Source: Candidatus Saccharimonadia bacterium
GTDB taxonomy: Bacteria; Patescibacteriota; SICC01
Direction: 5' to 3'
DNA length: 64,000 bases
NCBI GenBank assembly: GCA_025449535.1
Contig: JANWJF010000001.1
Location: 613,136 to 677,135 of the forward strand
Of the stretch, positions 17,762 through 26,674 are shown piece after piece (the first letter of the stretch is position 1; each line of letters starts with the position of its first letter). A program made the translations under genes and the position numbers. The notes under the pieces were generated by a model, which did no database searches, was not told the DNA's origin, and saw only the letters and a list, made by a program, of their open reading frames with translations.

Positions 17762-18736
17762 ATGAAAACTCGTTCGAAGTACGCCCTGTCCGTTTTGGTC
17801 GCCGTGACGACCGTGGTGACTACCGTCGCCGTGGCTCCGTCTTCCGGTCGGGCCGAAGAGTCTCTCAAGGAGAAGACGCTGGCGCAGATCGACTCGAACC
17901 TCGACGGGCTGAACGAGCAGATCGGCGGCATTGAGGAGCAGACCGGCGAGGTGAACGGCGAGATCGACGAGTTGAACGGTCGGTACTCGAAGCTCAACAA
18001 GGAAAACCAGGAACTGCTTCGGGAGATCCTGAGCTACATGAAGGACGACTACGTCGTCACCGCGTCCTCGACGACGCTGGATTCGCTGATTTCCAGCCAG
18101 TCGCTTTCCGACTTGGCCAGCGCCGAACAGTATCGCAATAACGCTACGGACGTGGTCCGCGAAAAGTTCGATACGTACATCAAGCAACTTTCGGAAATCG
18201 AGGACTTGCTCTCGAAGGCCAAGGAAAAGCGACAAGGACTCCTGGAACTCAAGGGTCAGCTTGAGCAACGCCGCTCCACGGTACAGGCCCAGGAAGAAGC
18301 CCGACAGGCTGCGGCCGCTGCCAGCGAAGCGCAGCTACGTGAGATCAAGGAAGAGAACGAACAGGCTACTGCCGCATCGATCGCCCAAGGCCCGTCCAGC
18401 GCTCCGAGCACCGCACCGTCTTCCGGCGGTGGGGGTGGCATGGTCCGCGGCAATAACCCGTATACCCCGGGGCAGTGCACCTGGTACGTCTACAACCAGA
18501 CCGGCCGCGGCCAGATGGGTAACGCCGGCCAGTGGGGCGGCGGCGGCGGGTTCGGCATAGGAAAGATCCTGATCATGCCCCCGGGCGCGGGTGGTGCCGG
18601 CGGGGTCGGTCATGTCGGCGTGATCGTCGGAGGCTCCCCGAGCAGCGGTATCGTTATCCGCGACATGAACTGGGCCGGACCGTTCGTCGTGACGACGCAT
18701 ACCGTCCCGCGTAGCAGTGCCTACCGGTATCTCTGA
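17762..18736 (+). CDS. PcsB-like secreted coiled-coil protein with C-terminal CHAP peptidoglycan hydrolase domain
   Basis: Signal peptide; long heptad-repeat region (LNEQIGGIEEQTGEVNGEIDELNGRYSKLNKENQELL…); C-terminal CHAP motifs (YTPGQCTWYVYN … GHVGVIV); directly downstream of ftsEX as in streptococcal ftsEX/pcsB. Confidence 0.75.
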   Translation: MKTRSKYALSVLVAVTTVVTTVAVAPSSGRAEESLKEKTLAQIDSNLDGLNEQIGGIEEQTGEVNGEIDELNGRYSKLNKENQELLREILSYMKDDYVVTASSTTLDSLISSQSLSDLASAEQYRNNATDVVREKFDTYIKQLSEIEDLLSKAKEKRQGLLELKGQLEQRRSTVQAQEEARQAAAAASEAQLREIKEENEQATAASIAQGPSSAPSTAPSSGGGGGMVRGNNPYTPGQCTWYVYNQTGRGQMGNAGQWGGGGGFGIGKILIMPPGAGGAGGVGHVGVIVGGSPSSGIVIRDMNWAGPFVVTTHTVPRSSAYRYL

Positions 18737-18760
18737 TCCCAACCCTTAGAACTACCAAAG

Positions 18761-18790
18761 AGTCCCGCCTCGCGGGGCTCTTTCTTTCCC
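18761..18790 (+). terminator. rho-independent terminator (stem agtcccgc/gcggggct, U-rich tail ctctttcttt)
   Basis: Seen in sequence 25 nt after stop at 18736. Confidence 0.55.
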
Positions 18791-18817
18791 GCTTGACGGC
18801 TTTGCCATACTGAAGAC

Positions 18818-19261
18818 ATGCACCACGGTTCGCTCAACCGGACGGCCTTCTCGGCGACCGCGCACTGCTTGACCGGCTGTGCGATCGGCGAGGTGGTCGG
18901 CCTGATCCTGGCGACGGCGTGGGATTGGGGCGACGTAGCCTCTATCGTCCTGGCGATCGCGCTGGCGTTCCTGTTCGGCTACTCGCTCACGATGCTGCCG
19001 CTGCTGCGCGGCGGGTTGGCGCTGGGCACCGCCGTGGGAGTCGCCCTGGCGGCCGATACGGCGTCCATCGCGGTCATGGAGATCACCGACAACGCGGTCC
19101 TGCTGCTGATTCCAGGGGCGATGGACGCGGGACTCTCGGACGCACTCTTCTGGGCGTCGCTGGCCTTCGCGCTGGCCGTGGCGTTCGCGGCTGCGTTCCC
19201 CTTGAACCGCTATCTGATCGCCCGGGGGCGCGGGCACGCCGTGGCGCACGAATATCACTGA
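18818..19261 (+). CDS. DUF4396-like membrane protein
   Basis: 147 aa; CLTGC motif in first helix and overall pattern of DUF4396 small membrane proteins. Confidence 0.45.
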   Translation: MHHGSLNRTAFSATAHCLTGCAIGEVVGLILATAWDWGDVASIVLAIALAFLFGYSLTMLPLLRGGLALGTAVGVALAADTASIAVMEITDNAVLLLIPGAMDAGLSDALFWASLAFALAVAFAAAFPLNRYLIARGRGHAVAHEYH

Positions 19262-19326
19262 TTTCCGCCGCTCATGCGTGATTTATGCCTGTAGGCAGGG
19301 ATTTTTGTCTGTTTTTTGACGGAAAT

Positions 19327-19354
19327 TTGACAGTTTTCCGGAAGTCCGTATACT
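19327..19354 (+). promoter_or_regulatory. sigma70-type promoter (TTGACA -16nt- TATACT)
   Basis: In A/T-rich intergenic 19262..19395, ~40 nt upstream of CHAP gene start. Confidence 0.5.
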
Positions 19355-19395
19355 CAGGCTCGTTGTATTCATAAACCAGGAATTTCCCCAAAGCT

Positions 19396-19929
19396 ATGAG
19401 AAAAAAGAGCTCCGGCTTTTTATTTTTGTCCAAATTCTGGCTGACCGTCGGCGTGATCGTGCTGGCCGTGTTGAGCCTGGGAGCCTCCCAGCCGCCGTCA
19501 CGCGTCGCAGGTGGCGAGCTGCCGGAAGAGGTAGCCAAGGTAGCCCAGGGACGTCCCTACGCCCTGACGGCCACGCCCGAACCGCTGAAGGCCAAGCCGA
19601 AGCCCAAGCCGGCCGCCAAGCAGCAGATCGCGTCCATGCCGGTCCCGAAGCCCGTGCCGCGGCCGGAATTGGTCGGGACGGTCGGGTACGCGGTGGCCGG
19701 GGGGAACTGCGTGAACGAGCCGGGCGTGAACAACCCCGGGTATGGTAATCCGTCCGATTGGCCGGTGACTTCGCAGGAGCCGACGGTCGGCGCCACGGCG
19801 GTGTTCACCTGGAACCACGTCGGCGTGGTGACGGGCATCTGGGCGAACGGGGACGTCGAAGTGCGGCACCAGAACTTCTGGGGCGGGCAGCATCGGTTCC
19901 CTCGGTCGACGTTCCGCGGCTTCAGGTAA
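19396..19929 (+). CDS. membrane-anchored CHAP domain peptidoglycan amidase/peptidase
   Basis: N-terminal TM anchor, Pro/Lys-rich linker, C-terminal CHAP signature (GGNCVNE … NHVGVVTGIW … VRHQN). Confidence 0.7.
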   Translation: MRKKSSGFLFLSKFWLTVGVIVLAVLSLGASQPPSRVAGGELPEEVAKVAQGRPYALTATPEPLKAKPKPKPAAKQQIASMPVPKPVPRPELVGTVGYAVAGGNCVNEPGVNNPGYGNPSDWPVTSQEPTVGATAVFTWNHVGVVTGIWANGDVEVRHQNFWGGQHRFPRSTFRGFR

Positions 19930-19935
19930 CTGACT

Positions 19936-21144
19936 TTAGTCCGCGGCGACTTCCCGCTGCAGCTTAAGGTCCTGGCCGAAGGCGATCGCGTCGTTGGCTT
20001 CGGACTCGCTGCCGAGCATCCCGGCGGGAATCACCGAGAACTCGCCCCAGCGGTCGTTGGCACGGTCGACGCTCCGCGACAGGGCGCCGCGGCGCCGGTC
20101 GGGCTCGAAGAGCGAGGGTTGCTCCGGATCCGCCCGGCGCAACGCGTACGTCTTCACGGCGATCTTGCGGAGCGGCCGGTCGGGAGGCTGGTCCCGAAGC
20201 AGCTTCCAGGCCTGGCCGAAGATGTCATGGTGGCGGTCGGTCGGGCTGAGCCGCGTCGCGTGACCCCACTGGCCCCACTCCCGCGTCGGGCCGGAGATCG
20301 TCAGGGCGCCGGCCTGCCAGCCGTCCCGTCGCAGCCGCCGGGCAATCCGATGGCAGAGCTTGTGAAGCAACGGCTTCAGCTGGGCCGGGTCTGACGTATG
20401 GCGCGGCAGCACGGAGGAGTGGCCGAGCGACTTCGTCCCCCAGTCCTCGCGGTCGATCGAGTAGCCGTGCAGCCGGAGGTGCCAGTAGTACCCGACGATG
20501 CCGAGGCGCCGCTTCAGCTCCCAAGGCGGCAGGTCGTAGAGGTCGAGCGGGCCGGCGATCCCGACCAGCTGCATCCGGGCCGCCATCCGTCCGGCGATGC
20601 CGCAGAGGTCGGTCAGGTCCAGTTCGGACAACACCTGCCGGACGTTGCCGCGGTGGATCTCGAAGAGGCCGTCGGGCTTGCGGAAGTCGGAGGCCGTCTT
20701 CGCCAGCAGCCAGTTCGGACCGATCCCGACGGAGGAGCCGAGCCACTCGCCGACCTCGTCCCGGATACGCCGTTTGATCTCGGCCGCGATCCCCGCGGCC
20801 CGCTCCGATTCTGCCGGTTCCAGCCAAAGCGCGATCTCGTCCACGGAGCGCGGCTTGAGCTCGCCGCGGTACCCTGACATGATCTTCCGGAACCGCCGGT
20901 GGACCACCCGGTACTTCTCGGGCGTCGGCGGCAGGATCGTGATGTCCGGGATGCGGTGCCGGGCGTCCGCGACCTTGGTGCCGGTCCTCACGCCGTACCG
21001 CTTGGCCTCGACGGAAGCGGCCACGATCGTCCCGCCCGGCGAATCGACCGGGGCGATGCCCACGGCCCTGCCGCGCAGCGACGGCTTGGCCTGCTGCTCG
21101 ACCGTCGCGAAGAAGGAGTCCATGTCCAGATGGAGGACCTTCAT
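19936..21144 (-). CDS. dinB: DNA polymerase IV (Y-family)
   Basis: 402 aa; catalytic motifs HLDMDSFFATVE and SVDEIAL present; little finger domain region; ATGA overlap with upstream small ORF. Confidence 0.9.
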   Translation of the reverse strand: MKVLHLDMDSFFATVEQQAKPSLRGRAVGIAPVDSPGGTIVAASVEAKRYGVRTGTKVADARHRIPDITILPPTPEKYRVVHRRFRKIMSGYRGELKPRSVDEIALWLEPAESERAAGIAAEIKRRIRDEVGEWLGSSVGIGPNWLLAKTASDFRKPDGLFEIHRGNVRQVLSELDLTDLCGIAGRMAARMQLVGIAGPLDLYDLPPWELKRRLGIVGYYWHLRLHGYSIDREDWGTKSLGHSSVLPRHTSDPAQLKPLLHKLCHRIARRLRRDGWQAGALTISGPTREWGQWGHATRLSPTDRHHDIFGQAWKLLRDQPPDRPLRKIAVKTYALRRADPEQPSLFEPDRRRGALSRSVDRANDRWGEFSVIPAGMLGSESEANDAIAFGQDLKLQREVAAD

Positions 21145-21145
21145 C

Positions 21146-21400
21146 TCAGCTCCCCGCGAAAGCGACCTCCTCGAGCGTCCAGGAGAGGTCGTTCCGGGAG
21201 TACCGCAGGACGCATTCGCCAGCGTCCGTGGTCACGGAGTAGAAGTGGAGCCGGTCGCCGCCTTCCGCCTTCTCGTGGTGGAGGTTCAGCTTCTGGACCC
21301 AGTAGCGGCGTCCGTGCCAGCGCAGCAGCACGGGCAGGACCTTGCCGCCCTCGAACTTGGCCAGCACGGACACACGCTCTCGTAGTTCGGTGGAACCCAT
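21146..21400 (-). CDS. small hypothetical protein (84 aa) translationally coupled to dinB
   Basis: ATG at 21400 (minus); stop TGA overlaps dinB ATG; W/R-rich sequence (VLPVLLRWHGRRYWV); no family recognised. Confidence 0.5.
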   Translation of the reverse strand: MGSTELRERVSVLAKFEGGKVLPVLLRWHGRRYWVQKLNLHHEKAEGGDRLHFYSVTTDAGECVLRYSRNDLSWTLEEVAFAGS

Positions 21401-21407
21401 GAGGAGT

Positions 21408-21425
21408 AGTATACAAAAGTATACT
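21408..21425. promoter_or_regulatory. perfect palindrome AGTATAC-N4-GTATACT in divergent promoter region (candidate operator)
   Basis: 18-bp inverted repeat 8 nt upstream of small-ORF/dinB start and ~115 nt upstream of ArsR-like gene; overlaps TATACT-like -10 hexamers. Confidence 0.5.
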
Positions 21426-21540
21426 AACACATTAAAAAGCACCATAGCCAAAGGAAAGTTTTTACGGTATGGTGACCGGCCATCGCAGTATGGGTGGCAC
21501 ATTCGCACCGACGGACAACCAGGAAAGGAGACACCAACGA

Positions 21541-21986
21541 TGACCGCCGAGACGGACATCGCCAGCCTCGCGCGATGGGGCAAGGTGCTCGGGCATGAGA
21601 CCCGGGTGGAAATCCTGATCAAACTGATCGAGGAAGAAGACCGCGTCGAACGCTTCGCAATGGAGCAATACGCCGCGAAAGGCAAGCCGAAGTCCAAGCG
21701 CGAACAGGAGGAACGCGTATTTGGGGGACTAAGCCCCTCCAAGCTGTCCAAACTGGTCGGTCCTGGTCTGGAAAAGCGGCGGAGAAAGCCCGCCAAGAAG
21801 AAGACCAAGGAAAAAGACCCGAACCTCAGTAGCGCGAGCTACCACGTCAGGGAGCTCATCGAAACGTTCAAAGTCCTCGAGTTCGTCAGAACGAAGCAGT
21901 GTCGCGGAGCCATGGAGCACTTCTATAGGATCCGCCCGGAGGCGAAGGAGACGCTTCGCAAGATCCTCGCTCTCGAACTCGGTTAA
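21541..21986 (+). CDS. ArsR/SmtB-like winged-helix transcriptional regulator with internal Lys-rich insertion
   Basis: Start at ATG 21541 after strong SD AGGAAAGGAGA; N-terminal LGHETRVEILIKLIEEE (ArsR helix) and C-terminal SASYHVRELIETFKVLEFVRTKQCRGAMEHFYRI (recognition helix/wing) separated by ~50-aa K/R/E-rich segment. Confidence 0.55.
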
Positions 21987-22053
21987 CTCGTGGGAGCGCC
22001 ACGTCCCACATGCGCGCCCGGCGAGATCGCTCCGTCACCTGACGGAGCCGAAC

Positions 22054-23253
22054 TTGCCGGGCGCGAAGCGTATCTGGAACTATACTTCGGGTTACAATGG
22101 CTCCGTGCCGAAAAAGAACTTATCCGGGAAAAGACGCTGGATCCCGTACCTCACCGCGGGACTCTTGGTATTCGTGGTCGGGTTCTACTCCGGCGCCGTC
22201 GTCTCCGGCGGCTACGAGTTGGGCGGCCGTGGCCAAGCCGCGGACTACTCCGAGTTCTTCAAGACCAAGCGCCTGATCGAGCAGCGCTATCCGGACAAGG
22301 TCAGCACGCAGGACCTCGTCGACGGGGCCACCAACGGCCTGGTCGACGGGCTCGGCGACCCGTACAGCGACTATCTGACGAAGCGCGAGGCCAAGGAACT
22401 GGACGAGTCGCTTTCCGGGGAAGTCGAAGGCATCGGGGTGGAGATCGGCGTCCGGGACGACCGGATCGTCGTGATCTCACCGCTGCCCGAATCGCCGGCC
22501 GCCCGGGCCGGGGTCAAGGCAGGCGACCGGATCCTGGCGGTCGGCGACAAGCCGATCCAGGGACTGAGCGTCGACGAGACCGCGGACCTGATCCGCGGCA
22601 AGGCCGGCAGTAAGGTGACGGTCACCTTCCAGGCGCCGGGCGAGGAGCCGCGGCCGCTTGCGATGACCCGGGCCAAGGTCAAGGCGCCGTCGGTCGAGCT
22701 TGTCTTTCGCGGCCGGACCGCGATCCTGACCGTCTCGCGCTTCGGTGACGGGACCGTCGAGGAGCTGGACCGTGCCGCCGACGAGATCCTGCGACGCAAG
22801 GCCGACGGCATCGTGCTGGACCTCCGGAGCAACCCGGGCGGCTTCCTCGAGGGCGCCGTGGACGCCAGCTCGCTGTTCCTGAAGGAAGGTGTGGTGGTGA
22901 AGGAACGCCTCAAGGACAAGACCGAGGAACGTTCCGTGAGCGATGACGGCCGCCTGGCGGACCTGTCGGTGGTGGCGCTCGTGAACCAGGGCACCGCCTC
23001 GGCCGCGGAGATCCTGGCGGGAGCGCTCCGCGACGACCGCGACGTGAAGCTCGTGGGTGAGAAGACCTTCGGCAAGGGATCCGTCCAGGATCTGATCGAT
23101 CTCGGCGGGGGTGCCGTGCTCAAGTTGACGATCGCGGAGTGGCTGACGCCGACCGGCCAGTCGCTATCCAAGGGGGGACTGAAACCCGACATCGTCGTTT
23201 CCTCGAAGGATCCGACGGCTCAGCTGGAGCGGGCGATTGAGTCGCTGCGGTAG
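22054..23253 (+). CDS. S41 family C-terminal processing peptidase (CtpA-like) with PDZ domain
   Basis: 399 aa; N-terminal TM, PDZ region (GVEIGVRDDRIVVISPLPESPAARAGVKAGDRILAV), S41 catalytic region (LVNQGTASAAEI…K); exact start uncertain. Confidence 0.85.
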   Translation: MPGAKRIWNYTSGYNGSVPKKNLSGKRRWIPYLTAGLLVFVVGFYSGAVVSGGYELGGRGQAADYSEFFKTKRLIEQRYPDKVSTQDLVDGATNGLVDGLGDPYSDYLTKREAKELDESLSGEVEGIGVEIGVRDDRIVVISPLPESPAARAGVKAGDRILAVGDKPIQGLSVDETADLIRGKAGSKVTVTFQAPGEEPRPLAMTRAKVKAPSVELVFRGRTAILTVSRFGDGTVEELDRAADEILRRKADGIVLDLRSNPGGFLEGAVDASSLFLKEGVVVKERLKDKTEERSVSDDGRLADLSVVALVNQGTASAAEILAGALRDDRDVKLVGEKTFGKGSVQDLIDLGGGAVLKLTIAEWLTPTGQSLSKGGLKPDIVVSSKDPTAQLERAIESLR

Positions 23254-24303
23254 TTACCGTACCCGCTCGAAGAAGAGGTTCACCAAACCGGCGCTGTAGC
23301 GTTGGACTTGCTCGAGCAGATACGCGGACTCCTCCCGGCAATCCTCCGGGAAGTTCGTGACATCACAGCGGTACGCCGACTGGGGAATGGCCGAAGTTGG
23401 CTGGTGGTAGGTGGTGTACGGGTAGGCTGTCGCCGCCATGCCGTAGGTGAAGCCATGCGCATCCTGTGCCAGCCGCACCCCGTTGATGCTTGCCGGGAGC
23501 TGATATAGTCCGTCACTGGTCACCCGGTGTTCGTCCTTGTGTGCGTTACTCCATGCCGGGAACACGTCCTGGCCCTGGACCACTGTTCCGCGCGGGTTCC
23601 GTACCTGGATGGAACTGATCTTCAGTTCCGGATGGGCATGGGAAGGGACGGCAGCGTCCTGCATGGCGTGGAGGGAGATACCGAGGTTGTACATTGCATC
23701 GCCGGAACGTTGCTGCTTCCAGCTCCGTATCGCCCGATTGAAGAACTCCTGAGCCATGAACGCCGACTTGGTCCTGATTCGCGGGGCTCTGGCGCAGGAT
23801 CCGGTCGTCCTGCCTCTGCTGGCAGCGTGCCCGTATCCTTGCCAGCCGGTCCGGGGCTGCTGATAGTACGACCAGACGCCGAAATGGCGGTACGGATTGC
23901 TCATGTGATCGCCGATTGGCCAACCTATCGAGCGTCCATGGGCAGTGCACCCATTCAGTTTGGTATCTGCCGCGACGACACCGTCGCGGAGTGCCTTGAG
24001 CCGGTCGCTGCCGTATCCGTGTCCCGCAAGGACCCTGTTGTGCAACTGGTTTTTTGTTCCCGTCTTGCCGTCGCTGGTTAGGATGGCCGGCACCTGATCC
24101 GTTATCCAACTGTGCGTTCCCGGAGCAAGGTAAGGGTTCGCTTTGCAGTCTGCCGGTAGGGTGTATAGTCCCGTATCGGCGCTGTAGGAGTAGCCAGCAC
24201 AGGCGTAGAGGTAGTGATTCGGGGACACCTCGGCTTTGCCAGGATCCGGAAACAGGAAGGCGAGTCCCGCCAAAGCCACGATTATGAGTAACAACTTTTG
24301 CAT
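23254..24303 (-). CDS. secreted zinc-dependent phospholipase C / S1-P1 nuclease superfamily protein
   Basis: Signal peptide; GTHSWITDQ and …QEFFNRA…YNLGISLHAMQDAAVPSHAH closely parallel B. cereus PLC NSHLWIVNRA and KQAFFYLGLSLHYLGDVNQPMHA zinc-ligand regions. Confidence 0.55.
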   Translation of the reverse strand: MQKLLLIIVALAGLAFLFPDPGKAEVSPNHYLYACAGYSYSADTGLYTLPADCKANPYLAPGTHSWITDQVPAILTSDGKTGTKNQLHNRVLAGHGYGSDRLKALRDGVVAADTKLNGCTAHGRSIGWPIGDHMSNPYRHFGVWSYYQQPRTGWQGYGHAASRGRTTGSCARAPRIRTKSAFMAQEFFNRAIRSWKQQRSGDAMYNLGISLHAMQDAAVPSHAHPELKISSIQVRNPRGTVVQGQDVFPAWSNAHKDEHRVTSDGLYQLPASINGVRLAQDAHGFTYGMAATAYPYTTYHQPTSAIPQSAYRCDVTNFPEDCREESAYLLEQVQRYSAGLVNLFFERVR

Positions 24304-24392
24304 AAAAATCGCTCAACTATAGCATATTTTAGTGTTTTTGTCAATCCTCATACTCCTAGCGCAACTGGTTCGGGACGCTCCGAACCGGTAGA

Positions 24393-24938
24393 ATGGGTCC
24401 TATGAGACGCAGCCACCGGCACGTTCCGGTCATCTTGGATAAGGACGTCGAGGGCACCGGCTTCGCCGGCGAGCTCACGGACGTCCGGGCCGGCTTCGCC
24501 CGGAACTTCTTGATTCCCCGCGGCCTGGCCAAGGCCGCCACACCGAAGCTTAAGGAGCAGCGAGAGAAGGACATCGAGGCCGCGGCCGCGCGTCGGGACA
24601 AGGAGACCGCGGCGCGGGAGGAACTCGCCGCCCAGCTGCAGGCGGAGCCGATCGGACTGGCGCTCAAGGTCGGCCCGGGCGGCCAGGTGTTCGGCTCCGT
24701 CACCGCGACCGAGTTCGCCAAGGCGGTGAAGGCCCAACGCAAGCTCGACGTCGATCCCAAGCAACTGCACGGCGTGCCGATCTCCTCAATCGGGCCGGCC
24801 CAGGTCTCTGCTAGACTGGGACTGGGCGTGTCAGCGCTGATTCCGGCCGTCGTGAAAGGGACCAAGGTCGCCAAGGCCGGAGCGGAGCGGACCAAGGCCG
24901 CGACCGCCCCATCCGAGAAAGAACCCGCCGAAGCCTGA
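24393..24938 (+). CDS. rplI: 50S ribosomal protein L9
   Basis: N-domain VPVILDKDVEGTGFAGELTDVRAGFARNFLIPRGLA matches L9 consensus; C-terminal extension Ala/Lys-rich. Confidence 0.85.
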   Translation: MGPMRRSHRHVPVILDKDVEGTGFAGELTDVRAGFARNFLIPRGLAKAATPKLKEQREKDIEAAAARRDKETAAREELAAQLQAEPIGLALKVGPGGQVFGSVTATEFAKAVKAQRKLDVDPKQLHGVPISSIGPAQVSARLGLGVSALIPAVVKGTKVAKAGAERTKAATAPSEKEPAEA

Positions 24939-26599
24939 TGCCACCACGCCAGACCAAATACATCTTCGTCACTGGCGGGGTAGTGTCTTCGTTGGGCAAG
25001 GGCGTCACCACGGCCGCGTTGGGCCGCCTGCTCAAGGGGCGCGGCGTGAAGGTCAGCATCGTCAAGATCGACCCGTACATAAACGTCGACCCGGGAACGA
25101 TGAACCCGTACGAGCACGGCGAGGTGTTCGTGACGGCCGATGGCGCGGAGACGGACCAGGACCTCGGTCATTACGAACGGTTCATCGACGAGGAGCTGGT
25201 CCGCGAGTCGAACTTCACGACCGGCCAGGTCTACCAGACGTTGATCGAGCGTGAGCGCAAGGGCGACTTCCTCGGCAAGACGGTCGAGGAGGTCCCGCAT
25301 GTCACCGACGAGATTATTCGCCGGGTCGAAGCGGCGGCCGAGAAGACCAAGGCGGAGGTCCTACTGGTCGAGCTCGGTTCGACGATTGGCGACATCAAGG
25401 GTATGGCCTTCCTGGAGGCGTTCCGGCAGCTTCGGAACCGGGTCGGCCGCCACAAGACGATGTCGGTGCACGTCTCGCTGCTGCCGCACCTCGGCACCAC
25501 CGGCGAGCTGAAGACCCGGCCGGCCCAGTACAGCGTCAAGGAGCTCCGCAGCTACGGGCTGCCGACGCACATCCTGGTCGCCCGGGCGGACAGGCCGATC
25601 TCTGACGAGGTCCTCGACAAATTGGCCGCCACCTGCGACGTGGACCGCCAGGCCGTAGTGCCGATGATGACCACCAAGAACATCTACGATGTGCCGGTAC
25701 GGCTGGAGTCGATTGGCCTTTGGAAGGTGATCCAGGAGCGGTTGGAACTTCCGGAGCGGGATTCCGATCTCCGGGAATGGGCGAAGATGGTAGACCGGAT
25801 CGAACGGCTGAAGCATGAGGACGACCTGGAGGTCGCGATCGTCGGCAAGTACGTGGAACTCAACGACGCATATATCTCGGTATCCGAGGCGGTGAAGGCC
25901 GCCGCCCTGGCGGAGGACCGCGGCGTGAAGATCCGTTGGGTCAACGCGGAGGCGGTAGAGAAGGAAGGCCCGCGCCTGCTGGACGGCGTGGACGCCGTGG
26001 TGGTGCCCGGCGGATTCGGGGACCGTGGCGTGGAGGGCAAGGTCATGACCGCGACCTGGTGTCGCGAGAACAAGGTGCCGTACCTCGGGCTCTGTCTCGG
26101 CATGCAGGTCTTGACGATCGAGTTCGCCCGGCATGTGCTCGGTGACGACAAGGCCCACTCTGAGGAATTCGACTCGTCCACGAAGCACCCGGTGATTCAC
26201 CTGATGGAAGCCCAGCAGTCCGTCTATACCAAGGGCGGCACGATGCGGCTCGGCGACTTCCCGTGCAAGCTGACGGACGGGTCGCTGGCCCGGACAGCCT
26301 ACGGCACAGGGGAGGTCACCGAACGGCATCGGCACCGCTACGAGTTCAACAACGAATACCGGGAACAGCTGGCGCAGGCCGGTTTGCGCATCGCCGGCAC
26401 GACGCCGGACGACGTCCTGGTCGAGATCGTCGAGCTCAAGGACCACCCCTACATGGTGGGCTCGCAGTTCCATCCGGAGTTCAAGTCGCGCCCGGACCGG
26501 GCGCATCCGCTGTTCTCGGAATTGGTGAAGGCGGTCGTCGGCCGGAAGGCGGCCACGAATGAAGCTACGTCGCGAACCGGCTCAGCGCGGAACGGTTGA
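24938..26599 (+). CDS. pyrG: CTP synthase
   Basis: 553 aa; N-terminal KYIFVTGGVVSSLGKG synthetase domain, C-terminal glutamine amidotransferase (GLCLGMQ, HPEF). Confidence 0.95.
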   Translation: MPPRQTKYIFVTGGVVSSLGKGVTTAALGRLLKGRGVKVSIVKIDPYINVDPGTMNPYEHGEVFVTADGAETDQDLGHYERFIDEELVRESNFTTGQVYQTLIERERKGDFLGKTVEEVPHVTDEIIRRVEAAAEKTKAEVLLVELGSTIGDIKGMAFLEAFRQLRNRVGRHKTMSVHVSLLPHLGTTGELKTRPAQYSVKELRSYGLPTHILVARADRPISDEVLDKLAATCDVDRQAVVPMMTTKNIYDVPVRLESIGLWKVIQERLELPERDSDLREWAKMVDRIERLKHEDDLEVAIVGKYVELNDAYISVSEAVKAAALAEDRGVKIRWVNAEAVEKEGPRLLDGVDAVVVPGGFGDRGVEGKVMTATWCRENKVPYLGLCLGMQVLTIEFARHVLGDDKAHSEEFDSSTKHPVIHLMEAQQSVYTKGGTMRLGDFPCKLTDGSLARTAYGTGEVTERHRHRYEFNNEYREQLAQAGLRIAGTTPDDVLVEIVELKDHPYMVGSQFHPEFKSRPDRAHPLFSELVKAVVGRKAATNEATSRTGSARNG

Positions 26600-26674
26600 C
26601 CGCTTCCAGCGGGACCGTTCCCACACGGAGCGTTTTCTGGTGGAGATAGCGACCGTACGGATCTTGCCTATCGC

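Noticed and set aside
21146-21808. Full 220-aa minus ORF upstream of dinB
   Set aside because: The upstream 136 codons run through the A/T-rich divergent promoter and into the ArsR-like gene region. Only the last 84 codons (from ATG 21400) look coding and are coupled to dinB.
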